Shown: piece after piece, positions 62,245-64,000 of the stretch
Layout: every line of letters begins with the position of its first letter
Position numbering within the stretch: the first letter of the stretch is position 1
Assembly (NCBI GenBank): GCA_963702425.1
Contig: CAVPCQ010000036.1
Location: 1-64,000, forward strand
Length of the DNA stretch: 64,000 bases
Direction of reading: 5' to 3'
Origin: an uncultured Acidobacteriota bacterium
GTDB taxonomy: Bacteria > Acidobacteriota > Polarisedimenticolia > J045
Made by a program: the position numbers and the translations under genes
The notes under the pieces: model-generated
The model's input: only the letters and a program-made list of their open reading frames with translations
Told to the model about the DNA's origin: nothing
The model's database searches: none

Positions 62245-62369
62245 GACGTCCTTGTGCGACTTCATCTCGCTGGACGGACGGGGGACTCTCGCCGGATAAT
62301 CTACCCGGTGAGGACCCTGAGCCCATCTGAACAATCGGTCACATCGTCCAGAATGAGCTCGGAGAGGCG

Positions 62370-63254
62370 ATGAGCTCGGTCTCCCGGCTCACGACCAGGG
62401 AACTCGCCGAGGCGATCGGCGTCAGCGAGTCGTCGATCAAGCGCTGGGCCGACGACGGAGCGATTCTCGCGTCGCGCACGGCCGGCGGTCACCGGCGGAT
62501 CGCGCTCCCCGAGGCGGTGCGGTTCGTCCGGGAGGCGCGCCTTCCGCTGGTCCGCCCCGAGGTGCTGGGGCTCCCCGATCTCGCCGCCCTCTCCGGCCGG
62601 CCGCCGAGCGAGGACGAAGCCACTCGGTTCTTCGACTGCCTGCGCGACGGCCGGGCCGCCGAGACGCGAGGCCTGCTGCAGGCCCTCTACCTCCGCGGCA
62701 CGGGGGTCCCCGCGATCGTCGACATCGTCGTGGCCGAGGCGATGCACCGGATCGGCGAGCTGTGGCGCGACGCGCCTGACGGGATCTGGCTCGAGCACCG
62801 CGCCACGGAGCTCTGCGCCCAGGCGCTCGGCCTGCTGCGCGGGCTGCTCCCCGCGCCGTCCGGCCCGCCCGCGGTCGGCGGCGGCGCACCCGGGGACCCC
62901 TACCTGCTGGCCCCGCTCGCGGCGGCGGTCGCGCTGGCGGCGGAGGGGTTCGAGGCCGCGAACCTCGGACCCGACCTGCCGCTCTCCAGCCTCGAGCGCG
63001 CGGTGCGGGAAATGCGCCCGGCGCTGGCTTACGTGTCGGTCTCCGCGCCCCGCGACGTCGCGGCCTTCGGCGAGGAGGTGGCATCGCTCGCGCGCGCCGT
63101 GGCGCCGCTGGGGACCTCGGTCGTCGTCGGGGGCCGCGCGCTGGAGTCGAGCGCGCTCCCCGCCGAGCCGAACCTGCACGCCGGGCGTACCATCGGCGAA
63201 CTCGTCGCCTTCGCGCGCGGCCTGCGCGTGGCGGAGGGCGGCGCGCGCGGGTGA
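62370..63254 (+). CDS. Xis/MerR-type HTH fused to a B12-binding-like domain (CarH/LitR-like regulator)
   Basis: LTTRELAEAIGVSESSIKRW.D.G...RTAGGHRR; W-x9-EH; LGPDLP. Confidence 0.8.
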   Translation: MSSVSRLTTRELAEAIGVSESSIKRWADDGAILASRTAGGHRRIALPEAVRFVREARLPLVRPEVLGLPDLAALSGRPPSEDEATRFFDCLRDGRAAETRGLLQALYLRGTGVPAIVDIVVAEAMHRIGELWRDAPDGIWLEHRATELCAQALGLLRGLLPAPSGPPAVGGGAPGDPYLLAPLAAAVALAAEGFEAANLGPDLPLSSLERAVREMRPALAYVSVSAPRDVAAFGEEVASLARAVAPLGTSVVVGGRALESSALPAEPNLHAGRTIGELVAFARGLRVAEGGARG

Positions 63255-63257
63255 GCG

Positions 63258-64000
63258 GTGCGGGAAGTCACGCTGGGCATCACGGGGATGCACTGCGCGG
63301 CCTGCCAGGGGCGCGTGGAGCGAGCGCTCGCGGCGCTGCCGGGTGTCGTCGAAGCCCACGTCAACCTGATGACCGGCCAAGCCGCGGTGAGCTTCGATCC
63401 CGCGGCCGTCGCCCCGCCGCAACTGGCCGCCGCGGTCCGCGAAATCGGTTACGAGGCCGCGCTCCCCGACCCGCGCGTGACGGCGATCGAGGAGCAGGCG
63501 CGCCAGGACGCGGCCCGCGCCGCGGAGTACCGTGCCCTCTCCGCGCGCGCCCTCTTCGCGGCCGGGGCCAGCGTGCTGGCGATGCTGCTCTCGATGCCGC
63601 TGATGGCGGCGCTCGCCGGCGACCACCACGCCGAGGCCTCGGACCCGCTGATGCGGGCCGCGATGCGCTGGCTCGACCCGGCGGTGCGGGCGGCCTTCCC
63701 GGGTGCCTACCGGCTGCCGGCGGGCGTGCTCGGAGCGCTGCTCATCGCGCTGACGCTGGCGACGATGACCTGGGCCGGCGGCCGCTTCTACGCGCGCGCC
63801 TGGGCCGGGCTGAAGCATCGCTCGGCCGACATGAGCACGCTGATCGCCGTCGGCACCGGCGCGGCCTTCGTGTTCTCGGTTGCAGCGACGCTGGCGCCGG
63901 GTTTCTTCCTCGATCACGGTGTCGCGCCGGAGGTCTACTTCGAGGCGGTGACGATGATCATCGCCCTGATCCTGCTCGGGAACGCGCTCGAGGCCCGCGC
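63258..64000 (+). CDS. copA: Heavy-metal (Cu) P1B-type ATPase, partial
   Basis: HMA motif GMHCAAC, ADMSTLIA.GT, YFEA; runs off the window end. Confidence 0.85.
   Translation, partial: MREVTLGITGMHCAACQGRVERALAALPGVVEAHVNLMTGQAAVSFDPAAVAPPQLAAAVREIGYEAALPDPRVTAIEEQARQDAARAAEYRALSARALFAAGASVLAMLLSMPLMAALAGDHHAEASDPLMRAAMRWLDPAVRAAFPGAYRLPAGVLGALLIALTLATMTWAGGRFYARAWAGLKHRSADMSTLIAVGTGAAFVFSVAATLAPGFFLDHGVAPEVYFEAVTMIIALILLGNALEAR

Overview
High-GC bacterial window; gene order and content resemble Acidobacteriota or deltaproteobacteria (inference). It has three zones. (1) 1-11 kb is an accessory zone: the right end of a degenerate IS21 element, then about 8 toxin-antitoxin (TA) modules (BrnTA, AbiE, three DUF4160/DUF2442 pairs, HigA, two RelE/HTH pairs), many with broken toxins, around a sigma54-preceded 9-heme secreted cytochrome. 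Two TA pairs sit between ~200-240 bp direct repeats of the 3' end of the adjacent gene. (2) 11-18 kb holds a large integrin-alpha-like (14 FG-GAP) surface protein and a divergent secreted protein with a similar C-terminal domain. (3) 18-64 kb is mostly core genome: a type IVa pilus cluster (pilMNOPQ, accBC, pilBTC, pilSR, two pilins, an embedded glycosylation cassette with a tandem double O-antigen-ligase protein, PilHI-like ABC transporter, pilD), then rpmB, TPR-tonB-exbB-exbD-exbD, ridA, rel, secDF-yajC, pgeF, tRNA-Ser(GCT), asparaginase, a sirtuin, a CarH-like regulator with a divergent candidate sRNA, and a partial Cu-ATPase. Single-base frameshifts, including one in secD, suggest some sequencing indels. 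All family calls come from motif recognition, not database searches.
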